DNA from: a virus
DNA: 64,000 nt
Virus record (IMG/VR): IMGVR_UViG_3300009157_000016
Span: 44,378-108,377 of that record
Reading direction: 5' to 3' (one strand)
The notes beneath the pieces were generated by a model. It did no database searches and had not been told where the DNA came from. It saw nothing but the letters and a program-made list of their open reading frames with translations. A program made the translations under genes and the position numbers. Positions 47,935 to 55,907 of the stretch are shown in pieces (position 1 is the first letter of the stretch; every line of letters starts with the position of its first letter).

Positions 47935-49558
47935 AGGAGCAACCGCCAAGGCGGCAAGGTCCGCAGCGCAGGCGCAGGGCGGACAACTGACGGCGTTGTC
48001 CAGCGTGGCCGCTGAGAAGGCGACGGTACCTGCCGTCGCCCCGCAGTTCGTCGGCCTTGGTTCGCAGTTCACTTCCCCACGGCGTGGCGTCAGGGAGCTT
48101 CTCAAGCTCTACAAGGACGCCCCGTGGCTGCGCGCCATCGTCGGAAAGATTGCTCGCCACGTTGCGGACACCGACTGGTTCATGGTGGCCGCCAAGGATG
48201 AGAACGGCAAGTACCGCATTGACAGCGAAGTTCGCAAAGCGGTTCGCACCGGTACCATCAACAAGCTGATTAGCGTGGGCAGAGCAGACAGGATTGAGAA
48301 CCATCCGCTGCTCACCATGCTGCGTGACGGCACCGGGAACCCGCGTCTCAATGGGCACGGCTGTCTTGCGGTGACGATGCAGCACCTTGACCTTGCCGGC
48401 GAATCCTTTTGGCTTTGGGAGCGCAACCAGCTCGGCGTTCCTTACGCCTTCTGGCCGCTGCCGCCGAATTGGGTCACGGACATGCCGTCAAGGGAGAAGC
48501 CCTTCTACCATGTGGCAGCGCCCGGCGGGTTGCAGATTGACATCCCGGTCACGGAGATCTGTCCGTTCATCGACCCGGACCCGGAGAACCCGTACACCCG
48601 TGGTGTCGGCACCGCGCAGTCCTTGGACGACGAAATCCAGATCGACGAGTTTGCGGCCAAGCATCAGAAGTCTTTCTTTCTGAACCGCGCCCGCCCGGAC
48701 ATCATCATCAGCGGTCAGTTCCTTTCGCAGAAGGACTCTGAGCGGCTTGAGAAGCAGTGGATGAGCGACCACCAAGGGTTTTGGAAGGCGTTCAAGCCGC
48801 TGTTCTTCTCGCAGAAGATCGACGTCAAGGAACTCACGCAGACCTTCGAGCAGATGCAGATGGTGCAAATGCGCAAGGCTGAGCGGGACACTTTCATCTC
48901 AGTGTTCGGCGCACCGCCTGAGAAGTTCGGCATCATTGGTGAGTCCAAGCGTTCGACCATTCAGGCGGCGGACTACTTCTGGACCAAGGACATCATTCAG
49001 CCGCGCGTGGAGATGCTGCGGCGTGTCCTGCAACAGGTCGCCGTGCCTATGTTCGACACGCGCTTGGTGCTGGCGTATGAGACGCCGGTCATCCAAGACG
49101 ACGAACTCAAGCTGGAGACCATGAAGGCCGCTCCTTGGGCCTACACGATCAACCAGTGGCAGGAAGCCGCCGGCAACACGTCAATGGGAGAGCGCGGTGA
49201 ATTCTTTGCTATTCCGCTGAACATGGTGCTCATCCCCGCCAAGGACCTCAAGGACTTTGTTCCGCACACGACGGAAGAGAACGATGAGGCCGCCCAAGCC
49301 ATTGCGGATCAGGCAGCGGAGGACGAGGCTGAGACTCCTCAGGAGGAGATGATGCGCATCCAGCGCATGGCGCTGCGGGCGCGCGGCAAGGCGCAGGGCG
49401 ACGAACTGGACGTTACGTCCCTTGCGCAGGCTATTGCCTCGGCCGTCACGTCTGCCATGTCTCAACCGCTGGCCGACATCAAACGACGGATCACGTTCAG
49501 GGATGCGTCGGTCGATGCGTTCAGGGATGGATCACCGGGGAATGGAAATGGACCGTGA
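47924..49558 (+). CDS. portal protein (HK97-like family)
   Basis: HPLLTML..NP, LDLAGESFW, LPPNWV, FFLNRARP, VFGAPP..G; follows TerL. Confidence 0.9.
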   Translation: MARRGATAKAARSAAQAQGGQLTALSSVAAEKATVPAVAPQFVGLGSQFTSPRRGVRELLKLYKDAPWLRAIVGKIARHVADTDWFMVAAKDENGKYRIDSEVRKAVRTGTINKLISVGRADRIENHPLLTMLRDGTGNPRLNGHGCLAVTMQHLDLAGESFWLWERNQLGVPYAFWPLPPNWVTDMPSREKPFYHVAAPGGLQIDIPVTEICPFIDPDPENPYTRGVGTAQSLDDEIQIDEFAAKHQKSFFLNRARPDIIISGQFLSQKDSERLEKQWMSDHQGFWKAFKPLFFSQKIDVKELTQTFEQMQMVQMRKAERDTFISVFGAPPEKFGIIGESKRSTIQAADYFWTKDIIQPRVEMLRRVLQQVAVPMFDTRLVLAYETPVIQDDELKLETMKAAPWAYTINQWQEAAGNTSMGERGEFFAIPLNMVLIPAKDLKDFVPHTTEENDEAAQAIADQAAEDEAETPQEEMMRIQRMALRARGKAQGDELDVTSLAQAIASAVTSAMSQPLADIKRRITFRDASVDAFRDGSPGNGNGP

Positions 49559-49700
49559 ACTGGACATGCTTCGCCAGTTGCTATCCGACCTGCTCATTCT
49601 GGTTGAGAGGTTCGATGGTATTGTGAAGGGTGCCGCGCTCAGCTCCAAGCCGGGCAGAGCGTGGCACGAGCTAGGCGGCGCGTGGCCGCCTAGGCGCTAG
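49548..49700 (+). CDS. small hypothetical protein
   Basis: Overlaps the portal stop; 50 aa. Confidence 0.35.
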   Translation: MDRELDMLRQLLSDLLILVERFDGIVKGAALSSKPGRAWHELGGAWPPRR

Positions 49701-49708
49701 CGGGCAGC

Positions 49709-50050
49709 CTACAGCCTGACGCGCTCACGTCGCGGCCTGTCGGCCTTGTCTGGCGGCGTGCGGTCAGCCTCAAAAGCCTGCCCCGCCTGCCGCTTACGAA
49801 GCATTGCTGTGATCTGCCGTTCCTGGTCGGCGAGGGCCTGCTTCATCAAGTAGAACTTCGCCGCCTCCAGCGCAGACCGAGCGAGGCCGTTAAGACCCCG
49901 CACATACTCGCCGTACATGTCGGGACCTACATCCTCCACGTAGTTGCCTTCCTGGAAGCGCGTAAGGTCATGCAGCTCGGCCATGAGGTCCTCGCACTTG
50001 ACAAGGAGCTCCTTCTGAGACTGTAGCGGAACGATTGACAGCCTCGGCAT
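49709..50050 (-). CDS. hypothetical protein ending in RERVRL
   Basis: TGATG-coupled ORF. Confidence 0.65.
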   Translation of the reverse strand: MPRLSIVPLQSQKELLVKCEDLMAELHDLTRFQEGNYVEDVGPDMYGEYVRGLNGLARSALEAAKFYLMKQALADQERQITAMLRKRQAGQAFEADRTPPDKADRPRRERVRL

Positions 50051-50340
50051 CAGCGTGCTGCCTCGACGAATATGTGGGTCACGAAGTGCCCATGATCCAT
50101 GAGCACTGTGCCGACGTAGTTGAGGATGTTCTTGGCAGGGCCTTGGGCTATGCCTCCCGTGACCAGACGCTCGACAGTCAGGTCACGTGAGAACAGGTCG
50201 GTGTCGTCGATGTAGCACCATAGGCAAACCTTCCCGTGCTGCTCGTGGACGCTCAGCGTCTTGACGAAGCCGGGCACCGAGAGATTGGTGACGCTCGGAA
50301 GCCCGGCCGGCAGAGGGAACTTGTGAACCGTAAAGGACAT
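50050..50340 (-). CDS. hypothetical phage protein
   Basis: VHKFPL..Q..VCLW..TG..YVGTV..FVTHIF pattern; AGGAG RBS. Confidence 0.7.
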   Translation of the reverse strand: MSFTVHKFPLPAGLPSVTNLSVPGFVKTLSVHEQHGKVCLWCYIDDTDLFSRDLTVERLVTGGIAQGPAKNILNYVGTVLMDHGHFVTHIFVEAAR

Positions 50341-50374
50341 GCTGGTCTCCTGTTACCACAAGGACCATATACCT

Positions 50375-50899
50375 TCACCACGCCAACTCTATTCCCGTGT
50401 CTTGCTTGTACGCAATCTTGGCGTCGAACATTGTTGGGAAGCACTTGCCCCGGAGCCAGTCAAGGAACACTCGATAGCCGGGGTGGTTCTTCTCGTAGGC
50501 TTCCAGCCCTTTGACCCACGCTTCCATGTTAGGCATCTCATACAGGACGTTGCCACAATGCGGACAGCATGGGAGGCGTATGCCATCCCCCCTGTTGGGG
50601 GTTCGGTCAATCTTGTCAATGGTGTCCCACCATAGGCAGCGCGCACCGTAGACGATGCGTGGGTCCTTCTCGCTCATGGACAATTTCTCCCCCCTTCTGT
50701 TCGTGTGCCGCACGTTGTGCAGCTTGAGACCGAAATTGGATATAGCACTCTTGATCTTGGACACGGTGAAATTCCGGCCGTGGAATTCGGCCTGCAATTG
50801 TGCCGTGATCAGCTCGCAGTCCGTCAGTTCCACTCGCACCAGCTCCCGTAGGCGCTGGCGCAGTTCAGGAGTCCACGTGATGTTCCCGTAGTCGGTCAT
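50375..50899 (-). CDS. GcrA-like HTH fused to a Cys-rich domain
   Basis: WTPELRQRLREL..ITAQL..KIKSAISNFGL; CLWWD..LPCCPHCG..HPGY..CF. Confidence 0.6.
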   Translation of the reverse strand: MTDYGNITWTPELRQRLRELVRVELTDCELITAQLQAEFHGRNFTVSKIKSAISNFGLKLHNVRHTNRRGEKLSMSEKDPRIVYGARCLWWDTIDKIDRTPNRGDGIRLPCCPHCGNVLYEMPNMEAWVKGLEAYEKNHPGYRVFLDWLRGKCFPTMFDAKIAYKQDTGIELAW

Positions 50900-51216
50900 C
50901 GCCGTTTCCTTTGATGCTTTGGCAAGCCCATGACGGCTTGGTAGCTTTCGACGAAGGTGTCCAGAGCTAATTCAAGCTCTAGGCGGTCACGCTCCAGCGC
51001 TGCCTTGGCTAGCTGCAAGCCTTCGTTGGTTTCTTCTCCTACGACAGCCAGCCACATCTTGGTATGGTTGATCTGGTTCTGACCTATTGCGATCAGAAGG
51101 TGCTCCATCTCGCGACGATACCTCGTCATCGCCATGTAGTGGGCATACTGCACAATCACGACCATCATGGTGACAACCGTGAAGATGAGTAGGAACATGA
51201 GCAGCCTAACTTCCAT
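50896..51216 (-). CDS. membrane-anchored hypothetical protein
   Basis: N-terminal TM helix. Confidence 0.6.
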   Translation of the reverse strand: MEVRLLMFLLIFTVVTMMVVIVQYAHYMAMTRYRREMEHLLIAIGQNQINHTKMWLAVVGEETNEGLQLAKAALERDRLELELALDTFVESYQAVMGLPKHQRKRR

Positions 51217-51406
51217 CGGTCAAGTCCTTGAGAACGTAGACGTTGACGATGGGTCGTGGCCACCGGACAGACATGGACTGAACGTGGTCCACTTCCGCCT
51301 CAATCCTCAGCCCAAGTTGTTCCGCCTCAGTGATCGCAGCGTTCAAGGCGTCCTTGAGTCCGGCGACCTTTGTGGCGGCTTGTGTGTAGACGTCGCTCTC
51401 AGCCAT
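51206..51406 (-). CDS. hypothetical protein
   Basis: AGGA RBS; packed. Confidence 0.6.
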   Translation of the reverse strand: MAESDVYTQAATKVAGLKDALNAAITEAEQLGLRIEAEVDHVQSMSVRWPRPIVNVYVLKDLTDGS

Positions 51407-51689
51407 GTGTTGTCCTTTCCACTTTCACATCTTGTTCAAGGAAGGTCGCGAAGTCACGCAGCTCTTTGGCGCGTGCTTCGACAATCTCTTCCCGGTGCTT
51501 GCCCCGTACGATCCCTTTCGTTCCTCCGATCGCGTTGGCGCGCAAACGTAGAAGCTCGCACACCCGCTGGATAGTTTGTTCGGGCGTGTCTGCTGGTAAG
51601 GTCCAATGCATTTTCATCCTCCTGTCCCTATCGGATTCGGCAGATTCGCTTTCGTGAAAATTTTCAAGATTTTCATCGGTTCCAAACAT
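51399..51689 (-). CDS. hypothetical protein
   Basis: Packed ORF; start uncertain. Confidence 0.55.
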   Translation of the reverse strand: MFGTDENLENFHESESAESDRDRRMKMHWTLPADTPEQTIQRVCELLRLRANAIGGTKGIVRGKHREEIVEARAKELRDFATFLEQDVKVERTTHG

Positions 51690-51697
51690 GCAAGAAG

Positions 51698-52732
51698 TCA
51701 GGGCTCAAATTCGTAATCTTTGGTTACGAAACCCTTCGAAGCGTCACCTCTTTGAAATTCCTGACGCCATGTTCTAATGCCGCCGCATACTGTGCATTTC
51801 CAAGACGGCGCTGTGCCGTGGAGCTCAGGTTCGCGCGGCCAGTCATGCCCTTCCGGACGGGAGCAGTGATGTCTTGCTGACGCCGGGTAGTGAACGAAGT
51901 GACCGCGCACTTCGTGCCGTCGTGGCGATTCGCGATCACCGTGATGAACTGGAAACGCTCGCACTACTTCTTTTGTCATGCCGATTTCAACTGTGTGGTG
52001 AGCCGCGTAGACAACCGGCTTGCCTCGGACAATGCCGCGCTGAGGCGCGAAGCTTGTTACCACGGTCTTCGGCTGATTGAGCGTAAGAAGTGCGGCGAAG
52101 AGAATGAGCAAGTCGCCCATCGTATGTGACCATTCTCTTGGTCTGCATTTTGTGTTAAGGAGGGAGTGGCTAGACCATTTGAATATGATCTCTGTTCCAA
52201 TGCGTTCGTATTCTCCGCAATCGATCAAAGCCCGAACACCATCCGCTCCAATCAAGTGCGCTAGGCGGGCAAACTGCCAATCATCCTTTTCGCTTATGTC
52301 AGCATTCTCGAACACGTCCCTTATTGAATTGATTTCGCATGTGTATGGATCATGACCGAGCCTGACCACACCCATCGTTGCGAGGATTACGTTCCTCTTT
52401 CCGTGCAGTCCATGTGAGCACGTCCATACGCTATCTTTGGTGATTAGGAATCCAATTTGTTGGAAGACGTTCAATGCCTTCTTTGGCCGCAGCGTGTTCG
52501 CGATAGCATTGAGATCTACTTCTATGTATGTGACCTCGTAAGGCGCTAACGCGAATTGATGGTTCAATAGGATTAGGTCAGTAGCCGAATCCATTATCTC
52601 AGCCAAGCGAGCACTCGCCTCGGTTGGGAAAATGAATCGTCTGGCTTTAGGCAGGATCCGTGCCACCTCTCTCCAATTCCACCGGTGCCTCGGAGTGTCA
52701 CGTAGAGCTAAGTCAATAGCATGTTGTTGCAT
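51698..52732 (-). CDS. conserved-type phage protein with PRRHEVRGH motif
   Basis: LAPYEVTYIE, SPRRHEVRGHF, RGDASKGFVTKDY; visibly AT-richer DNA. Confidence 0.75.
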   Translation of the reverse strand: MQQHAIDLALRDTPRHRWNWREVARILPKARRFIFPTEASARLAEIMDSATDLILLNHQFALAPYEVTYIEVDLNAIANTLRPKKALNVFQQIGFLITKDSVWTCSHGLHGKRNVILATMGVVRLGHDPYTCEINSIRDVFENADISEKDDWQFARLAHLIGADGVRALIDCGEYERIGTEIIFKWSSHSLLNTKCRPREWSHTMGDLLILFAALLTLNQPKTVVTSFAPQRGIVRGKPVVYAAHHTVEIGMTKEVVRAFPVHHGDRESPRRHEVRGHFVHYPASARHHCSRPEGHDWPREPELHGTAPSWKCTVCGGIRTWRQEFQRGDASKGFVTKDYEFEP

Positions 52733-52749
52733 GGGTCCCTCCAGAAGTA

Positions 52750-52777
52750 AGAGGGGGCATGAGGCCCCCTCTGTTTT
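52750..52777. terminator. possible bidirectional terminator hairpin
   Basis: agagggggc/gccccctct stem with T-rich flanks. Confidence 0.45.
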
Positions 52778-53259
52778 CAGCCCTTCCTTGCGAAGGGATG
52801 TGCGCCTATGCTGACCACGTTGGCGGCGTTGTCAGCATCATGCGGAGCGGAAAGCATTTCCAGATCGTGCAGAACGGTTGCACGCTCCTCACCGGACAGC
52901 GTCTTGCCGCGACTGTAGAGGCGGCGCAGTTGCTTGCGGCGCTCAGTCTCGTCCATATCGTGGACGGCGACCAGAGACCACGTTGCCTGCTTGCGCCGCC
53001 AGACGAGGTTTGGGTAGGCTTCCATGACACGCTTCCGCTTTGAGCAGAAACGCTGGAAGTTGCCGTTCACCGTCCAGACCGCCCATATGGGCTCGGAACC
53101 GCCGCTGAGGACGCACGTGTAGTGAGTCGCTTTCAGCCGCCCTTCCTTGTTGATCGTGCAGAGCGCATAGACCCCACGAAACGCCATCACGGCGTCAAGC
53201 GGAGGTGCTTGGAACTCAACTGGCCTTTCGGTTGCTCGGAAATGTTCTCTTTCAGCCAT
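52777..53259 (-). CDS. hypothetical protein
   Basis: CAGCAGGAGAG leader/RBS. Confidence 0.65.
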   Translation of the reverse strand: MAEREHFRATERPVEFQAPPLDAVMAFRGVYALCTINKEGRLKATHYTCVLSGGSEPIWAVWTVNGNFQRFCSKRKRVMEAYPNLVWRRKQATWSLVAVHDMDETERRKQLRRLYSRGKTLSGEERATVLHDLEMLSAPHDADNAANVVSIGAHPFARKG

Positions 53260-53290
53260 GTTCTGGCTCTCCTGCTGATTGGTTAGGGTT

Positions 53291-53839
53291 TCAGATTTCG
53301 TCAGGTCTTGGCCGAGTCACCTCCCTTGTTGGTTCCCAAAGGGTGTCGGTCCCGTTCGCATTGCGGCGAACAAGAGCGTGGAGATCACGACGCCAGTAGT
53401 ATTGGCCGACATCGTCGCCTATGGGCAGGCCGCACAGGCGAGCCATGTCCATGACGTCCGCTTGGTTCGGACCTTTGCGCCGGTACCCGGTCATTGAGAA
53501 CGGAGCATCCGGCAGGTCCACGTGATCAGGAAGCGTGGTCAAGTCACGCACATCCTGCTTGTACAGCCATTCCAGGAATGGCAAGAACATGGGGCACACC
53601 CATATCCGGTGCTTTTCAAGGTCGGCTTGCGGAAGCCCGCCAATCTTGAAGATTGCGCCTTCCCCGGTCTGGAGGTCAAGCACGAGTTTGTGCTCACGCG
53701 TCCAGCCCCGGTCAGACAGGTGGCTGCGGTTTCCCACGGTGGCGACGGCAGATTTGGTCTGCCAATCGTCGTAGTCGAACGTGCCTATGGCGAACTTCCC
53801 CCAATTGCGGGGGCCGTTCGTCACTTCGATGAATTTCAT
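53291..53839 (-). CDS. hypothetical phage protein
   Basis: NWGKF, VLDLQTGEGAIF, DLEKHRIWVCPMF..FLEWLY, GYRR. Confidence 0.7.
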   Translation of the reverse strand: MKFIEVTNGPRNWGKFAIGTFDYDDWQTKSAVATVGNRSHLSDRGWTREHKLVLDLQTGEGAIFKIGGLPQADLEKHRIWVCPMFLPFLEWLYKQDVRDLTTLPDHVDLPDAPFSMTGYRRKGPNQADVMDMARLCGLPIGDDVGQYYWRRDLHALVRRNANGTDTLWEPTREVTRPRPDEI

Positions 53840-53841
53840 CT

Positions 53842-54051
53842 TCAAATGTTCCTCCATATCTGCACAACGAAGAATAAGGTCACTGCCGCGTTGAGCCAAA
53901 GAACGAAGTCAAAGGCGCGGCAGAGATCGGTCTGACTTTCGTTCCACTGCCTCAGCGTGGGCCGTAATCCGCGCCAAGGATGAGTTTTGGGAACGAATGG
54001 CAGGATTGCACGGGTTAGCAGCCATGAGGGAAGGCACTGCCACGCTCTCAT
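53842..54051 (-). CDS. hypothetical protein
   Basis: ATGA-coupled ORF. Confidence 0.4.
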   Translation of the reverse strand: MRAWQCLPSWLLTRAILPFVPKTHPWRGLRPTLRQWNESQTDLCRAFDFVLWLNAAVTLFFVVQIWRNI

Positions 54052-54446
54052 AGCGCCCTCGCCTTCTGCGCACGAATGATCTCACCTATAGTCACCACGT
54101 TCTCGTCGAGGAACGACGGGTTGTGGTGCCTGAGGAAGTCAGACGTATTTTGCAGGACATGCTCTTGCTGATCCGACCCTTTGAGGGTCAGTTGGAAGTC
54201 AGCGACCCACCGCTGGCGGGATAGCTGCTTTTTGGCGTTCATGTGCAGTGCAGCGCCGGCGCAAAAGGAAGCGTTCAGCGAGTACTGTGCATAAACGTCG
54301 CCCGGCTCCACCGTCATGTGACATGGGAACTCAATGGCTCCTATGGCCTCAAGCATGTCGTTGGGAGACCAAGGACCCAACCATCCCCGCATTGAATCCT
54401 TGCGAAAAGGACACTCAATGCAGGGCTTCGTGAGTTTGCATTTCAT
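54048..54446 (-). CDS. Cys-rich hypothetical protein (PCxxCPFR..CH..CAG)
   Basis: KPCIECPFRKDS, FPCH, FCAGA. Confidence 0.7.
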   Translation of the reverse strand: MKCKLTKPCIECPFRKDSMRGWLGPWSPNDMLEAIGAIEFPCHMTVEPGDVYAQYSLNASFCAGAALHMNAKKQLSRQRWVADFQLTLKGSDQQEHVLQNTSDFLRHHNPSFLDENVVTIGEIIRAQKARAL

Positions 54447-54851
54447 CTAGAGTTTCACCCTCCTTTTCCTGCTGTGGTTTTCTAGTCTAACACGCTTTTT
54501 AGAAGCGGGTTGCGGTTCCTCTGGTCGCTCACGCGCAGCAATTTTCTTGTTCCACGGCTTCTTGATGAAGTCGGGAACGTCCTTTGCGTCAGAGGATTCG
54601 AAACGCACTCTATGTTTCGGAGGGACCTTCCAGTCCACGTCCACGCCTAAATCCTGTAGCAGGCGGCGCATGGCGCGGTAGTCACGCAGCATTGCCGCGA
54701 AGGTGTCCCGGTTGAAACCGAACACGTCCTTGCGGATGAGCACGTTCCCTTTGTTGATGTCGTGCTTCTGCGCCTCATGGAAGGCGACCAGATCTTCCGC
54801 GTTCGTCAGATCGTCTTTCATCAGGCTCAGTTGAAGCTCTTCCCTGCTCAT
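54447..54851 (-). CDS. hypothetical protein with three RV[RK][LF] motifs
   Basis: KHRVRFE, KKRVRLE, KRRVKL-stop; AGGAG RBS. Confidence 0.7.
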   Translation of the reverse strand: MSREELQLSLMKDDLTNAEDLVAFHEAQKHDINKGNVLIRKDVFGFNRDTFAAMLRDYRAMRRLLQDLGVDVDWKVPPKHRVRFESSDAKDVPDFIKKPWNKKIAARERPEEPQPASKKRVRLENHSRKRRVKL

Positions 54852-54873
54852 GCGATAGCTCCTTTAGCGAATG

Positions 54874-54908
54874 AAAAGACCGCGCCGGGGGCTTATCCCG
54901 GCACGGTC
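54874..54908 (-). terminator. probable intrinsic terminator
   Basis: Minus strand gaccgtgccggg..cccggcgcggtc followed by TTTT. Confidence 0.55.
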
Positions 54909-54951
54909 CCTAGGGAGGAAACGGCACCGGTTGCGATGACCGGTGCGCCCC

Positions 54952-55206
54952 TCAGAATGAACCATCAGCCCACGCTTGTCTACCCGCTTTCAAGGCATCC
55001 GCGTGTTCGCCGTATGGCCCTACCTCGGAACCGTATGGCACTCCCGGTCCCCGCATCACTGACCAGTAGAATCCGTTCTTGGGATCGCCGTCGTCATCCA
55101 GCGCAAACTTGCCGTTTGCGTCAGGCCCCCACTCTGTGACTTCTAGGTAGGGTTCGCCGTCAAAGGCGAACCCGCCGCTTGTTTCGTCTGACTTCTTTTT
55201 GGTCAT
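54952..55206 (-). CDS. hypothetical protein
   Basis: GFYW..GPY..AL pattern; GAGG RBS. Confidence 0.6.
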   Translation of the reverse strand: MTKKKSDETSGGFAFDGEPYLEVTEWGPDANGKFALDDDGDPKNGFYWSVMRGPGVPYGSEVGPYGEHADALKAGRQAWADGSF

Positions 55207-55462
55207 TGAACCCTCGCTTTGGTGGAACGACACCCTCGACGAAGGTGTCATGGACTCCCTTCACTGCATAGATAAGATATGGTCGGTTGTTCTCCTTCGC
55301 TAGTTGCGTTGCAAGGATGATTGCTTGCTCACGGTCATCCTTCTCATGACGCTCGTATCCCTTACCGGGACCCAAGTAGCGGACCACTGTGAAGTAGTCC
55401 GCTTCGTCAATGATACTGTTCTCGCGTGCTTCACGAGCTTCTTGATTGGCTTTGGACGCCAA
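55160..55462 (-). CDS. hypothetical protein ending in KRRVRL
   Basis: TTG start with AGGAGG RBS; RPYLIYAV motif. Confidence 0.65.
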   Translation of the reverse strand: MASKANQEAREARENSIIDEADYFTVVRYLGPGKGYERHEKDDREQAIILATQLAKENNRPYLIYAVKGVHDTFVEGVVPPKRGFNDQKEVRRNKRRVRL

Positions 55463-55464
55463 TG

Positions 55465-55803
55465 CTATCCTCCTTTCTTCAACTTCGACTTGGGCTGCCG
55501 CTTCATGGCATGGAGGTCAGTTGCGAACTCCAGAAGCTGTTCCCTTGCCGTGCTGAATTCGAGCTCAGTCACCTTGTGGCGATGATAGCGGATTGCTATC
55601 GTGGCCGCCAGCATAAGCCCCACTGAGATATATACCCCCTGCCCCTCGTTCGCCGCTATTTGGCGAAGGTGGGAAAAAGGTATTGACGCTTCGTCCTTGA
55701 AGCCGTGACGCATGGCCTGTTCTGCTTTCTCAAGCAGCACAATCATGCGTTCGGTGAGTTGCAGGATCTCAGTGGCGTTAGCCAATGCTTCGTCCGGTGT
55801 CAT
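55465..55803 (-). CDS. hypothetical protein
   Basis: GAGGAG RBS. Confidence 0.65.
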   Translation of the reverse strand: MTPDEALANATEILQLTERMIVLLEKAEQAMRHGFKDEASIPFSHLRQIAANEGQGVYISVGLMLAATIAIRYHRHKVTELEFSTAREQLLEFATDLHAMKRQPKSKLKKGG

Positions 55804-55835
55804 ACTGTCTCCTCAGGTCCGCATTTCAACGCACG

Positions 55836-55871
55836 AAATAAAAAAGCCCCCCGCCGTGAGGCGAGGGGCTT
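55836..55871 (-). terminator. intrinsic terminator
   Basis: Minus-strand GC-rich hairpin (aagcccc..ggggctt) followed by TTTTTTATTT. Confidence 0.8.
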
Positions 55872-55907
55872 CCACTTCGGAGGGTTGGGGCTGGAGCCCT
55901 CCTAGGT

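Noticed and set aside
46049-49558. Apparent avoidance of TCGA (ATT/CTT/GTT used before GA codons)
   Set aside because: Many TCGA sites remain; needs a k-mer observed/expected calculation that I cannot run
3450-55462. RVRL motif as a true eukaryotic NLS implying a eukaryotic virus
   Set aside because: SD sequences, coupled operons, peptidoglycan amidase, portal and terminase indicate a bacteriophage
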